Origin: Candidatus Eiseniibacteriota bacterium | Lineage (GTDB): Bacteria > Eisenbacteria > RBG-16-71-46 > JABDJR01 | Length of the DNA: 64,000 nt | NCBI GenBank assembly: GCA_963783375.1 | Contig: CAWANH010000028.1 | Location: forward strand, 1,536,001 to 1,600,000 | Direction: 5' to 3' | Shown: one piece after another, positions 53,281 through 63,483 of the stretch | Numbering within the stretch: the first letter of the stretch is position 1 | Layout of the letters: each line of letters starts with the position of its first letter | The notes under the pieces: model-generated | Database searches by the model: none | Told to the model about the DNA's origin: nothing | What the model saw: only the letters and a program-made list of their open reading frames with translations | Program-made: the position numbers and the translations under genes

Positions 53281-54020
53281 ACGCCGCCGACCTGACCCTC
53301 GACCGGCTCTGGAAGGCGGAGGGCGCCCCGGAGCGCGAATCCGGGGGAACGTCCGACCTCCCGGAGCCCGCCCGCCGCTACCTCGAGCACGCTGTCGCCC
53401 CCGGCACGCCCTCCGCCACCGCGGTACGCCTTCGCATGCACGGGGAGATCAAGCTCGGGGGCTGGCTGCCGTTCCGGGCCGAAGAGGTCATCCACCGGAC
53501 CCGGGGAATGATCTGGAAGGCCTCGACCCGAATGAAGGGTCTCCCCGTCCGGGGGTCCGACCGGATTCTGGACGGCGAAGGGGCGCTCCGCTGGAAGCTC
53601 CTCGGGGTGATCCCCGTCATGACCGCGGCGGGGCCGGACGTGTCGCGGTCGACCGCGGGGCGGCTGGCGACGGAGTCGGTTTGGCTTCCATCCGTCTTCC
53701 GAGACCCCGGCATCGCCTGGTCGGCCTCGGATGGGGTTCACCCCAAAGCCCGCTTGACGGTGCAGGGACGCGAAACCGTGGTCACCCTGACCGTGGACGG
53801 CGAGGGGCGGCTCGAGGCCGTCGCCTCGCGCCGCTGGGGGAATCCCGAGGGCGCGGAGTTCCGGGAGGTGGACTTCGGCGGGTACGTGGAGGAGGAAGCC
53901 GCATTCGGCGGCTTCACCATTCCCACCCGGCTTCGGATCGGCTGGCACTTCGGATCGGCGCGATTCGAATCCGAGGGAGAGTTCTTCCGGGTGACGGTGG
54001 ACGAAGCGAGGTTCCGGTAG
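53277..54020 (+). CDS. Conserved protein, DUF6544-like
   Basis: ATGA overlap; LPEPARRYL, WLPFRAEE, GALRWKLLG, ESVWLPS. Confidence 0.7.
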   Translation: MNAADLTLDRLWKAEGAPERESGGTSDLPEPARRYLEHAVAPGTPSATAVRLRMHGEIKLGGWLPFRAEEVIHRTRGMIWKASTRMKGLPVRGSDRILDGEGALRWKLLGVIPVMTAAGPDVSRSTAGRLATESVWLPSVFRDPGIAWSASDGVHPKARLTVQGRETVVTLTVDGEGRLEAVASRRWGNPEGAEFREVDFGGYVEEEAAFGGFTIPTRLRIGWHFGSARFESEGEFFRVTVDEARFR

Positions 54021-54095
54021 CCGGCCCCGGCCCGAGGATCGAGTCGGTGGAGCGACGGACCCGGAAGCGCCGGAAGCCGGACTCGCGGCCGCGCC

Positions 54096-55208
54096 CTACG
54101 CCACCGCGACCTTCACGCAGTTGATCGGCGGGAGCGAGTCGAAGACGCACTCCCACCCCTCGCCGCCGTCGCGTCCCATCCAGAGCTGTCCGGTGGTGGT
54201 GCCGACATAGAGGGCGGGGGTGGGGAGCTCGTCGACGTCCATCGCGTCACGCAGCACGGTGAAGTAGCTCTCCTTCCGGGGGAATCCCTTGGCGAGCTTC
54301 TTCCAGGAGTCCCCGCCGTTCTCGCTCCGCCAGACCGCGGGCACGCCGCCGGGGCAGGTCCGGGTCATCGGCTCCAGCGGCAGCACGTAGACCGTGTCGG
54401 GGTCGTGGGGGTGAACCACGATGGGAAAGCCGAAGTCCGACGGCAGCCCCTTGGCGATGGAGCGCCACGACTTCCCGTGGTCGTCGCTCCGCAGCACCCC
54501 GATGTCGGGCCGGCGCCCGCCCGGCCCGTCCCACTCGCTCCAGCCTCCGTGGTTCTGCATGTACAGCCGGCCGGGGGCGTCCTTGTGCCCCGCGATCTTG
54601 TGCACGCACTGGCCGAACTCGGGGTACGGATCCGGGGAGAAACCGGCTCCCACCCCCCGGTTGGACGCTTCGAACGTCTTTCCGCCGTCCTCGCTCAGGT
54701 AGTGGCCGCCGGTCGAGATCCCGAGATGCACCCGGTCTCCGTCCCGGAGAATCGTGTGCATGCAGAGACCGCCGGCTCCCGGCTGCCACTTCCCGGCATG
54801 CGGGTGCTTGCTGATGCTCTCGACCATCTCCCAGGAGTCGCCGCCGTCGCCGCTCCGGAAGAGCGAGGCCGGCTCGACTCCGGCCCAGACTTCCTTCTTG
54901 CCCGGCCCCGGTTCCAGGGACCAGATATTGGCCAGGGCGCGTCCGTCGTCCTTCGGAAACGCCGGCGCCGACTTGGTTTCCTTGAACGTCTTTCCGAGAT
55001 CGCCGGAACGCAGAACCTTCATGCCGAAGAAGGGGTTGCAGCTGGAAGCGTAGATCCGCGGCTTCCCGCGGGTGTCGATGAGCGCCGAGTAGACCGGCAC
55101 CCCGGGCCCGAACGGCCCGCGGAGGGTGAACCTCCGTCGGGGCTTGGCCCCTTCCGCGATGAAGAGCCCCTTCTTGGTTCCGATGGCCAGGACGACGTGG
55201 TCGGGCAT
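54096..55208 (-). CDS. BNR/Asp-box repeat beta-propeller protein (sialidase-like)
   Basis: IGTKKGLF start; repeated RSxDxGxSW boxes; GQCVHK, QNHGG, LPSDFGF. Confidence 0.88.
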   Translation of the reverse strand: MPDHVVLAIGTKKGLFIAEGAKPRRRFTLRGPFGPGVPVYSALIDTRGKPRIYASSCNPFFGMKVLRSGDLGKTFKETKSAPAFPKDDGRALANIWSLEPGPGKKEVWAGVEPASLFRSGDGGDSWEMVESISKHPHAGKWQPGAGGLCMHTILRDGDRVHLGISTGGHYLSEDGGKTFEASNRGVGAGFSPDPYPEFGQCVHKIAGHKDAPGRLYMQNHGGWSEWDGPGGRRPDIGVLRSDDHGKSWRSIAKGLPSDFGFPIVVHPHDPDTVYVLPLEPMTRTCPGGVPAVWRSENGGDSWKKLAKGFPRKESYFTVLRDAMDVDELPTPALYVGTTTGQLWMGRDGGEGWECVFDSLPPINCVKVAVA

Positions 55209-55210
55209 GT

Positions 55211-55498
55211 TCAACCTCCTGAAACGGCGGGCACGATCAGAATCACATCGCCGGGGGAGAGCGCGGTGTCCAGCCCATCGAGATCGCGTACGTGGGTCTT
55301 GTTCACGAACAGGTTCAAGTGGCGGCGCACCGCGCCGGTCTCGTCGCAGACGTTGGGATAGAGCGCCGGATGGCTCACGGCGAGCCGCTCCAGGGCGGCG
55401 CCGACGGTCGGTGCGGACAGGGCCAGGTTCGAGGCCCCGCCGCTGTAGGAGCGCAACACCGTCGGAAGCCAAACCGTGATCGCCGCTGAGTCCACCAT
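55211..55498 (-). CDS. MoaD/ThiS family ubiquitin-like protein
   Basis: RRHLNLFVN, C-terminal IVPAVSGG di-glycine. Confidence 0.9.
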   Translation of the reverse strand: MVDSAAITVWLPTVLRSYSGGASNLALSAPTVGAALERLAVSHPALYPNVCDETGAVRRHLNLFVNKTHVRDLDGLDTALSPGDVILIVPAVSGG

Positions 55499-55757
55499 GT
55501 GCGAATACGGACTCCGTAGAAGAGGAAAAAAACGACTGGTCGTGTCGGGAATTGTACTCCACCCTCGAGGGGCGGTCCACGATCACGGGGAAGCTCCTGC
55601 CCCCATTGGGGTAAGACGCCGAGGGCGGCCGTCCGAAGCCGAGCCATCCGGGGAGGTCCCGGTCGGGAGCCGGGAGGGCGCGCGTTTGGCTTCTGGGGTA
55701 AGATCGCCCCGGTTCGGGACGCCGTCGGCGCCGGTTTCCGTTCGCGTCGAGAGGGGG

Positions 55758-56180
55758 TTGGGGCTGCAACCGAGGATCGGCCGGTTTCATGGGTTCCCAG
55801 CAAAGGCGGCGGCCGCGCTGCTGCTCCTCGGGGCGTGCGCCGGGAAGAGTTCGCTCCCGGGGGCCTACGAGCTCCAGTCCTACTCCCCGGAGGGGCCCTA
55901 CGGGCAACCGGTGACCCGGGACGGGTTTTCGATCCGGCTTCTCCTCACTCCCGAGGCGGAGTTCTCCCTGACCGTTCACGACAACGACGGTACCGAGGTG
56001 ACCACCACCGGGTCCTACCAGGTCGAGGACCGCAGCCTGGTCCTGAGCGGGGACGACGATCGGGGGACCCTCCGCGTGAGCTACGTCGTGTCCCGGGACG
56101 GTCTCGTGCTCACCCTCCCTCGCGCGGAACTCGGGGTGTGGGGGATCGATGCGATCGCCTTGAACTTCAAGCGCCGGTAG
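55758..56180 (+). CDS. Hypothetical lipoprotein (beta-rich)
   Basis: Lipobox LLGAC; GAYEL...TGSYQVED; start codon uncertain. Confidence 0.55.
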   Translation: MGLQPRIGRFHGFPAKAAAALLLLGACAGKSSLPGAYELQSYSPEGPYGQPVTRDGFSIRLLLTPEAEFSLTVHDNDGTEVTTTGSYQVEDRSLVLSGDDDRGTLRVSYVVSRDGLVLTLPRAELGVWGIDAIALNFKRR

Positions 56181-56252
56181 ATCCCGTCAACGTTGTAGCA
56201 GGCCCGATCCGTGCCCCCAGTCCCGCGGGGACGGGAAGGAGACACCCCGACG

Positions 56253-57041
56253 GTGAAATCCATCGCCCGCGCTCTCGTTCCCGAGGCCCACTGGAACTTC
56301 TTGAGCTGGCACCGCGACCGGTTCGGCGTTGCCGCCTCCCTCCGGAGCTATCTCCGGTACCTGGGCGGCGGCCGGGGCCTCGCCCGGGTCGCCGCCGGTC
56401 CCGCCGGCCCGGTCTACCTACGGCCGGGGACGTCGGACCAGAGCGTCTTCGACGAGGTTTTCGTCGGGAACGAGTACGCGGTGGAGGCGGGCGACCCGCG
56501 CTACATCCTCGACGCCGGCGCCCACATCGGCCTCGCTTCGGTGTACTTCGCCTCGCGGTACCCCAAGGCCACGGTGGTGGCGCTCGAGCCCGAGCCGTCG
56601 AACTTCGCGCTCCTGGTCCAAAACTGCGGCCGGTTCCCCTCCGTCCGCCCGGTCCAGGCCGCCCTCTGGTGCCGGCCGGCGACGCTCCGGGTGGAGAACC
56701 CGGAAGGGGCGACCTGGAGCTTTCGGGTTACCGAATCGCCGGACGGATCCGGGATCGAGGCGAAGGGGATCGAGGATCTCATGACCGCCCACGGGTTCCC
56801 GCGCATCGACGTCCTCAAGATGGACATCGAGGGCGCGGAAAGGGAAGTGCTCCGGGGATCGGATGCCTGGCTGGACAAGGTGGGTCTCCTCATCATCGAG
56901 CTCCACGACCGGTTCGCCCCGGGGTGCAGCGAAGCCCTGGACCGGGCGATCCGGGGGCGGGACTTCGAGCGGTCGGTGTCGGGGGAAAGTGTCGTGTTGA
57001 GGCGGCGGTCCCGGGCCCACGACGGGGGAGCGAAGCCGTGA
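56253..57041 (+). CDS. FkbM family methyltransferase
   Basis: LRPGTSD, ILDAGAHIG, ALEPEPSNF, LKMDIEGAE, IELHD. Confidence 0.9.
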   Translation: MKSIARALVPEAHWNFLSWHRDRFGVAASLRSYLRYLGGGRGLARVAAGPAGPVYLRPGTSDQSVFDEVFVGNEYAVEAGDPRYILDAGAHIGLASVYFASRYPKATVVALEPEPSNFALLVQNCGRFPSVRPVQAALWCRPATLRVENPEGATWSFRVTESPDGSGIEAKGIEDLMTAHGFPRIDVLKMDIEGAEREVLRGSDAWLDKVGLLIIELHDRFAPGCSEALDRAIRGRDFERSVSGESVVLRRRSRAHDGGAKP

Positions 57042-57805
57042 CCCGGATCGCGCTGACCCGCGCGGTCAGCCCGAGCCTCGCCCGCTGCGAGCTGACCCAC
57101 CTCGACCGGACCCCGATCGACGTGGAGCGAGCCTCGGCTCAGCACCGGGCCTACGAGGGGTTGCTGGAGGAACTGGGTTGCCGGCTGGTGCGCCCAGCCC
57201 CCGAGCCCGACCTACCCGACGCGGTGTTCGTGGAGGACACCGCGGTGGTTCTCGATGAGCTTGCGGTCATCACCCGGCCCGGTGCCGCGTCCCGGCGGGC
57301 GGAGACCGCGTCCGTGGCCTCCGCTCTGGCCGCCCATCGGGAGGTGGTGGCCATCGGCGAGCCGGCCACCCTGGACGGGGGGGACGTCCTGGTCGTGGGG
57401 CGGCGGGTGGTCGTAGGCCGCTCGACCCGCACCAACCGCGACGGCTTCGAAGCCCTCCGCGCGATCCTGGGCCCCCGCGGGTACACGGTCGCCGCCGCGG
57501 ATGTCGGCGGTTGCCTTCACCTGAAGTCGGCGATCACCCGGGTGGGGGAAGACACCATGCTCCTGAATCCCGAGTGGGTGGACCGGGCGGCGTTTCCCGG
57601 CGCCCGGTTCGTGGAGACCCACCCCGAGGAACCGGCGGCGGCCAACGCGCTCCTGGTGGGGGCGACGGTGGTCTTTCCCGAGGCCTTCCCCCGGACCCGG
57701 GAGCGCCTGGAGAGGGCGGGGATCGGGATCGCGCCGGTCGACGCCTCGGAGCTGGCCAAGGCCGAGGGCGGGGTGACCTGTTGCAGCCTGGTGTTCACGA
57801 CATGA
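57038..57805 (+). CDS. ddaH: Dimethylarginine dimethylaminohydrolase (amidinotransferase fold)
   Basis: PDAVFVEDTAV, RRAET, LDGGDVL, LHLKS, EGGVTCCS. Confidence 0.88.
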   Translation: MTRIALTRAVSPSLARCELTHLDRTPIDVERASAQHRAYEGLLEELGCRLVRPAPEPDLPDAVFVEDTAVVLDELAVITRPGAASRRAETASVASALAAHREVVAIGEPATLDGGDVLVVGRRVVVGRSTRTNRDGFEALRAILGPRGYTVAAADVGGCLHLKSAITRVGEDTMLLNPEWVDRAAFPGARFVETHPEEPAAANALLVGATVVFPEAFPRTRERLERAGIGIAPVDASELAKAEGGVTCCSLVFTT

Positions 57806-58307
57806 GCGACACGGTGCGTTCCCTCGTCGCCGGGCTGGACCTCGCCCCTCATCCCGAGGGAGGGTTCTTCCGGGAGTTCCATCGCTCGAAGCGGAACGTG
57901 CTGCTTCCCGCCGAGCCGGGGAGCGCCGGGGGGAGCGGAGCGCGGGAACCGGCATCTACTACCTGCTGGGGGCGGGGGATTTCTCCGCCTTCCACCGGAT
58001 CGGCGGTTCGGACGAGATCTGGCACTTCTACGCCGGGGATCCCCTCGAGCTTCACCTGCTCCGAGCGGACGGCCGCCACGAGGTCCGGGTCCTTCACGGG
58101 AGCCTCCGCCTTGGAGAGCCGGCGGCGGTGGTGGAGGCGGGAACCTGGCAGGCCGCCCGTCCCCGAAAAGGCGGCCGGTACGCGCTGGTCGGCTGCACGG
58201 TGTCGCCGGGATTCGAGTACGCCGACCACGAAATGGCGGAGCGGGAGGACCTGGCCCGCCGGTTCCCGCGGCACGCCGCGCTCATCCGGGAATTCACCCG
58301 GCCTTGA
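57802..58307 (+). CDS. Cupin_5 (DUF985) family protein; frameshift at about 57940
   Basis: PHPEGGFFRE; second frame IYYLL..FSAFHR..SDEIWHFYAGDP, LVGCTVSPGFEY. Confidence 0.85.
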
Positions 58308-58410
58308 GCGGGGCGCGCGCGTCGGTCCATACTTGGGCGGCCCCAGACGGGCCGCGCGCGGAGTCCACGGGTTCGAATCGAGTCGACTCATCCCGAAGGA
58401 GGAAGATCCG

Positions 58411-59367
58411 GTGCGATTGACGAAACGGATGACGGTCGGGGCGGTCGGGTTGCTTCTTCTGGTTTCCGGCGGCTGCGCCTCGAAGGCGCTGACCCCGGGC
58501 GAGGGCACCATCCCGGTCACCGGGGGCAAGGTCTGGTACCGGATCGTGGGGACCGGGAAAGGCACGCCGCTTCTCGTCCTGCACGGAGGCCCGGGGGTTC
58601 CCAGCTACTATCTCAATCCGCTGGCCGCCCTCGGCGACGACCGGCCGGTGGTCTTCTACGACCAGCTCGGGTGCGGCCGCTCCGACCAGCCCGCCGACAC
58701 CAGCCTGTATACCGTGCAGGGTTACGTGGAGCGGTTGGGACAGGTACGTAAGGCCCTGGGCCTGGACAAGGTGGACATCTACGGGCATTCGTGGGGATCG
58801 ATGCTGGCGGTGGACTACATGCTGACCCAGCCCAAGGGGGTGGAGAAGCTCGTCCTGGCCGGCCCGGCCCTGAGCATACCCCGCTGGGTCCACGACGCGG
58901 ACAGCCTCCTCACCACCCTCCCCGACTCGCTCCAGGAGGCGATCCACCGGAACGAGGCGGCGGGGACCTTCGACTCCCCCGAGTACCAGAACGCGGTCGG
59001 CGCGTACTACGCTCAGTACCTGTGCCGGGTGCAGCCCTGGCCCGCCGACGTCGACAGCTCCTTCGCGCGGATGGGCGAGCTGGTCTACACCTACATGGAG
59101 GGGCCGAGCGAGTTCACCGTCACCGGGACCCTCAAGCACTACGATCGCACCCAGGACCTGGGGAGGCTCCATCTCCCGACGCTGTTCATCGTGGGGCAGT
59201 ACGACGAGGCCGTTCCCTCCACCGCGGAGTACTACCGGAGCCTGGTGCCGGGATCGAAACTGGTGGTGATCCCGGGGGCCGCCCACCTGGCCATGCAGGA
59301 CAAGCCCAAGGAATACGTGGAGGCGCTTCGGAGCTTCCTGGACAGAACCGACGCGGGGGCGAACTGA
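58411..59367 (+). CDS. Proline iminopeptidase-family alpha/beta hydrolase, lipoprotein
   Basis: RBS AAGGAGG; lipobox SGGC; HGGPG, YDQLGCGRS, GHSWG, GQYDE, AAH. Confidence 0.9.
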   Translation: MRLTKRMTVGAVGLLLLVSGGCASKALTPGEGTIPVTGGKVWYRIVGTGKGTPLLVLHGGPGVPSYYLNPLAALGDDRPVVFYDQLGCGRSDQPADTSLYTVQGYVERLGQVRKALGLDKVDIYGHSWGSMLAVDYMLTQPKGVEKLVLAGPALSIPRWVHDADSLLTTLPDSLQEAIHRNEAAGTFDSPEYQNAVGAYYAQYLCRVQPWPADVDSSFARMGELVYTYMEGPSEFTVTGTLKHYDRTQDLGRLHLPTLFIVGQYDEAVPSTAEYYRSLVPGSKLVVIPGAAHLAMQDKPKEYVEALRSFLDRTDAGAN

Positions 59368-59388
59368 CCGTCCGGGCGGGGAGGGACG

Positions 59389-59694
59389 ATGACGTCGGAG
59401 GAACTGGCGCACCGGCTGGCAGGAGGGGAAGTCGTTCGGCTCCCCGCCGCGGCTTGGGACGCGATCGCGGGATCTTTCGAGGAGGTCGAGCGTCACGACA
59501 CGAAGATCGCCGGCGACATCGTGATTCTGAGATTGGAGGCCGGGCTGGCCGCGGTGGAGGAACCGGCCGCGGGAGAGCGGGTGGTCCGCCGGCTGAGCGA
59601 CGGGGAGGCGGTCCGCCGCTTCATCGAGGGGCGGATGGAATCCTACGATCGCATGTGGGATGGGTGCGGATGCCGGATCGACTACGACGTTTGA
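59389..59694 (+). CDS. Hypothetical protein
   Basis: In-operon ORF with RBS; ends MWDGCGCRIDYDV. Confidence 0.6.
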   Translation: MTSEELAHRLAGGEVVRLPAAAWDAIAGSFEEVERHDTKIAGDIVILRLEAGLAAVEEPAAGERVVRRLSDGEAVRRFIEGRMESYDRMWDGCGCRIDYDV

Positions 59695-60620
59695 AGCTGG
59701 CTTCCTCCCTGGGAACCGGTCTCCTTGTCCTGGGTCTGGGCGCGGGATGCGAATCGGACGCCGAGCGGGAGCGGTCCGGGAAGAAGGGGGCGGACTCCTC
59801 CCCGACGGCCGGCCTGGTCGATGTCGGAGGCCACCGGCTGGCGGTGCGCGCGCTGGGAAAGGGCTCCCCGACGGTGGTCATCGATTCCGGGCTCGGGGAG
59901 ACCTGGGAGGGGTGGCAATCCCTGGCCGAGAGGATCTCCGCGCGGGCCACGGTATGTCTCTACAACCGGGCCGCCTACGGCCGGAGCGAGCCGGGGCCAT
60001 TTCCCCGCACCGCGTCCCGCGAGGCGGCGGAGCTCCATGCACTGCTGCAGAGGTCCGGACTCCGGCCGCCCTTCATCCTGGTGGGGCACTCCCTGGGTGG
60101 GCTGAACGCGCTGGTTTTCGCCCGGAGCAACCCGGAGATGGTAGGGGGAATGGTTCTCCTCGACCCGCCCCCCAGGGAATTCATGGCCGGCCGCCGGTTC
60201 CAGGAGCTCAGGGCGATGGCCGAGGGGAAGACCCTCGTGTTCCAGCGTAGGGCCGCGCAGGAGCGCGACGCCGGGGAGTCGGCGGCCGCCGCATTCCTCG
60301 CGACCCTGGCCTCCGAGCACGAGATGTTCCTCGCCCAGGGCGCCTCGGAGATCGAGCAGATCGCCGCTGGGCAGCCTGCCCCTGGCCGTACTGGCGTCGG
60401 GAAAGCCCAACCCCGAGTTCGGGGATTCCGCCGCCGCCTTCGAGGCGTTCTGGATCGAGTCGAACCGGGCCCTGTCCAGGCTCTCCACCCGGGGCGGCTC
60501 CGGCTCGCGCCGGAGCACCCCGCCCTCCACCGGGACGAGCCGGCGGTGGTGCTGGAGACCATCCTCGATGTGGTCGACGAGGTTCGCCGGGACGGCGTGG
60601 ATCCGGCCGGCCCCCGCTAG
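59691..60620 (+). CDS. Alpha/beta fold hydrolase lipoprotein (probable compensating frameshifts at about 60370-60500)
   Basis: Lipobox GAGC; VDVGGHRL, YNRAAYGRS, LVGHSLGG. Confidence 0.8.
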   Translation: MKLASSLGTGLLVLGLGAGCESDAERERSGKKGADSSPTAGLVDVGGHRLAVRALGKGSPTVVIDSGLGETWEGWQSLAERISARATVCLYNRAAYGRSEPGPFPRTASREAAELHALLQRSGLRPPFILVGHSLGGLNALVFARSNPEMVGGMVLLDPPPREFMAGRRFQELRAMAEGKTLVFQRRAAQERDAGESAAAAFLATLASEHEMFLAQGASEIEQIAAGQPAPGRTGVGKAQPRVRGFRRRLRGVLDRVEPGPVQALHPGRLRLAPEHPALHRDEPAVVLETILDVVDEVRRDGVDPAGPR

Positions 60621-60631
60621 GAGCGCTCTCC

Positions 60632-61400
60632 ATGGCCCGAATCGTTCTCATCCACTGGCAAGCCGGGGAAGGCGGGGAACGCGCGGTGCCGTTGCGGAGC
60701 GCGGGACATCGCGTCGACTGCCACACCGATCCCTCCGGGCCGTCTTTCCGGGCCTATCGCGCGAACCCCCCCGATATGTTCGTGATCGATCTCGACCGGC
60801 TTCCCTCCCAGGGCCGCGCGATCGGCGTGGCGCTTCGGCAGGGAAAGGATACCGGCGCATTCCCCTGGTGTTCGTCGCGGGGATCCGGAGAAGACGGAGC
60901 GGGTGCGCGGCCTCCTTCCCGACGCGGCCTACACCGACTGGAGGCGCGCGCGGGGCGCGGTCACCGACGCGCTCCGGCGTCGGCCGCGGGAAACCCTCGG
61001 TCCCCGGGACCATGGACGAGTACGCCGGCACCCCGCTTCCCCGGAAGCTCGGGATCCCGGCGGATGGCCCGGTCGCCTTCGCCGGGGCGCCCCCCGGGTT
61101 CGGACGGTCCTGGGGACTTTCCCCGCCTCCGCGCGCCTCAAGCACGGCCTCCGGGGCGGCGCCGAGGTGATCCTCCTCTTCGCCCGCCCCCGGGCGGAGC
61201 TCCGCCGCCGGTTCCCGGCCGCGGCCCGGGCCCTGAGCGACCGCGGCAAGCTCTGGATCGCTGGCCCAAGAAGAGTTCCCGCCCCGCCGGTGACTGTCGC
61301 AAACCGAGGTCCGGGCCCACGGCCTCACCCACGGGTTCGTGGACTTCAAGATCGCGGCGGTGGACGCGGCGTGGTCCGCCCTCTGTTTCAGCCGCCGTTC
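60632..61400 (+). CDS. Receiver-like N-terminal domain fused to a DUF3052-like domain; several frameshifts, end approximate
   Basis: PPDMFVIDLDRLPSQG, IPLVFV; YAGTPLPRKLGI, LWIA/WPKKSS, VDFKIAAVDAAWSAL spread over three frames. Confidence 0.55.
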
Positions 61401-61658
61401 CCCATGCTGGCGCCCGCGACCTCCGAACCGAATCTCCCGGGACTCGGTCCGGGGCGGCCCCGGCGACCGGATCCGCGCCTTGTACCAGGGGCCGGCGAAG
61501 GGGCCCGCCGGACCCGCGCGACAGGACTCCAGATCCACGCCTACCGACGCGCGTACCGACGCGGAAGCGGATCGTGATAGACTCGCGCCTCGGGCCCGTC
61601 CGGCCCGGCGACGCGCCGCCGCCGGCGGAGGCCGGCTCCCCGAACCGCGAAGAAATCC

Positions 61659-61916
61659 ATGCACTTGAACCTCTGGACCGTGGCCCTCCTGGTCTTTCTG
61701 GTGAACCTCCCCTTCGGCTACTGGCGGGCGGGGGTGCTGAAGTTCTCCCGCCCGTGGTTCCTGGCCGTGCACCTCCCGGTGCCGCTGGTGATCGCCCTCC
61801 GCCTGGTCTCCGGGCTCGGCTTCCAGCTCGCCACCTTTCCGGTCATGGTGGGGGCCTTCTTCGCCGGGCAACTGGTGGGGGGGCGGCTCCGGGTCTGGCG
61901 GAGGGCTCGTGCGTAG
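61659..61916 (+). CDS. Small conserved membrane protein
   Basis: NLPFGYWR...KFS..WFLAVHLPVP, 3 TM. Confidence 0.7.
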   Translation: MHLNLWTVALLVFLVNLPFGYWRAGVLKFSRPWFLAVHLPVPLVIALRLVSGLGFQLATFPVMVGAFFAGQLVGGRLRVWRRARA

Positions 61917-61976
61917 GGGGGCGCGCGTGCCCCGAGGCCTCGGAGGGGGGACACCGGGACGCGGGCGGAGCGCCGC

Positions 61977-62556
61977 GTGAACCGGGTGTGCGTGTTCGCC
62001 GGGTCCGCCGCGGGCCGCCGCGCGTCGTACGCCCGGGCCGCGGAGGCGCTGGGCGAGGCGCTCCTCGAGCGCGGGATCGGGCTGGTGTTCGGAGGCGGGC
62101 GGGTCGGCCTCATGGGGGTCCTGGCCGACCGGATGCTGGCCGGCGGGGGAGAGGTGATCGGGGTGATCCCCGACGCGCTCATGCAGCGCGAGGTCGGCCA
62201 TCGCGGGGTGACCGAACTCCGGGTGGTGGACTCCATGCACGAGCGGAAGGCGACCATGGCCGAACTTGCCGACGGGTTCATCGCCCTACCCGGTGGGAGC
62301 GGCACCCTCGAGGAGCTGTTCGAGGTCTTCACCTGGGCGGTGCTCGGCATTCACGGGAAGCCCTTCGGGCTCATGAACGTCGATGGGTACTACGATCCCC
62401 TGGTGGCGTTCCTGAACCACGCGGTGGAGGAGGGGTTCCTCAGGCCGCAACCGGTCCATGCTCTTCGTGGGAACCGATCCCGCCGACCTCCTGGATCGTT
62501 TCAAGGGCTACCGCCCGCCGGAGACGGTCAAGTGGACCGAACGACCCGGGATTTGA
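61977..62556 (+). CDS. LOG family (TIGR00730) nucleotide phosphoribohydrolase; frameshift at about 62450
   Basis: [31 protein letters not shown]; natural C-terminus [17 protein letters not shown] in the alternative frame. Confidence 0.88.
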
Positions 62557-62594
62557 CGCGCCGGTCCGAGGGCGGTGGAAAACTCTCTCGACGC

Positions 62595-62876
62595 ATGCTG
62601 ACCCTCGCTCTCATCATCGCCCTCGCCGTCTATCTCTGGTGGCGCCTCCACGGAGGGAACCGGGCCAGCCTGCGGTTCGTGGAGGGAAAGCTCGCCGCGG
62701 AACGGGGAAAGATGGCCGACGGCGAGCGGCGGGCGATCCTCGACGTGGCCGAGTTGTGGAAGGTCACCGGGCGGGTGACGATACGGCACGGGGGCGGGTT
62801 GGTGTTCTCCCGCTCGGTGAAGGGCGCCGACCGCCAGCGGTTCCGGAACGCGTTCCTGACCACCCAGATGCAATGA
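62595..62876 (+). CDS. DUF3634-like small membrane-anchored protein
   Basis: N-terminal TM, LVFSRSV...QRFRN C-terminal motif. Confidence 0.6.
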   Translation: MLTLALIIALAVYLWWRLHGGNRASLRFVEGKLAAERGKMADGERRAILDVAELWKVTGRVTIRHGGGLVFSRSVKGADRQRFRNAFLTTQMQ

Positions 62877-62915
62877 ACCTGACGGCGCGCCGCCGGGGAG
62901 GAAGGTAGGACCACG

Positions 62916-63419
62916 ATGAACGACGGACCCCCGGGCGGGTTCATGATTCGCCCCGCCGCCATGGAGGATGTTCCCACGATCCTGGCCATGATCCGCGGCC
63001 TGGCCGCCTACGAGGAGTTGGCCCACCAGGTCGAGGCGAACGAGGACGACCTCCGGCGGACGTTGTTCGGGGAGCGCTCCGCCGCCGAGGCGCTCCTGGG
63101 CTTCGAGGACGGTGTCGCGGTGGGTCTGGCCGTCTACTTCCACAGCTATTCGACGTTTCTCGGGCGGCGCGGGCTCTATCTGGAGGATCTCTTCGTCCTG
63201 CCCGAGCACCGTGGCCGGGGGTACGGAAAGGCCTTCCTCCGGCGACTGGCCGCCATCGCCCGCGAGCGCGGCTGCACGCGGATGGAGTGGGCGGTCCTCG
63301 ACTGGAACCGGCCGGCCATCGAATTCTACGAGGCCCTCGGCGCCCGGCCTCTCGACGAGTGGACGACCTTCCGGATGACCGGAGACGCCATCGACGCGTT
63401 GGCCGGGCCCAAGCAGTGA
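62916..63419 (+). CDS. GNAT N-acetyltransferase (diamine/spermidine acetyltransferase-like)
   Basis: LAAYE, YSTFLGRRGLYLEDLFV, RGRGYG, VLDWNRPAIEFY. Confidence 0.92.
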   Translation: MNDGPPGGFMIRPAAMEDVPTILAMIRGLAAYEELAHQVEANEDDLRRTLFGERSAAEALLGFEDGVAVGLAVYFHSYSTFLGRRGLYLEDLFVLPEHRGRGYGKAFLRRLAAIARERGCTRMEWAVLDWNRPAIEFYEALGARPLDEWTTFRMTGDAIDALAGPKQ

Positions 63420-63483
63420 CCGGGCGGCTCCCGGCCGGCGAGGCGACCGGACCGGCGAACGCGCCCCAACCATGGAGGAGCGG

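Noticed and set aside
57511-59367. Cupin-iminopeptidase fusion, and LOG-DUF3634 fusion at 61977..62876
   Set aside because: Both arise from single frameshifts; each partner has its own start, and the natural C-termini lie in the alternative frame.
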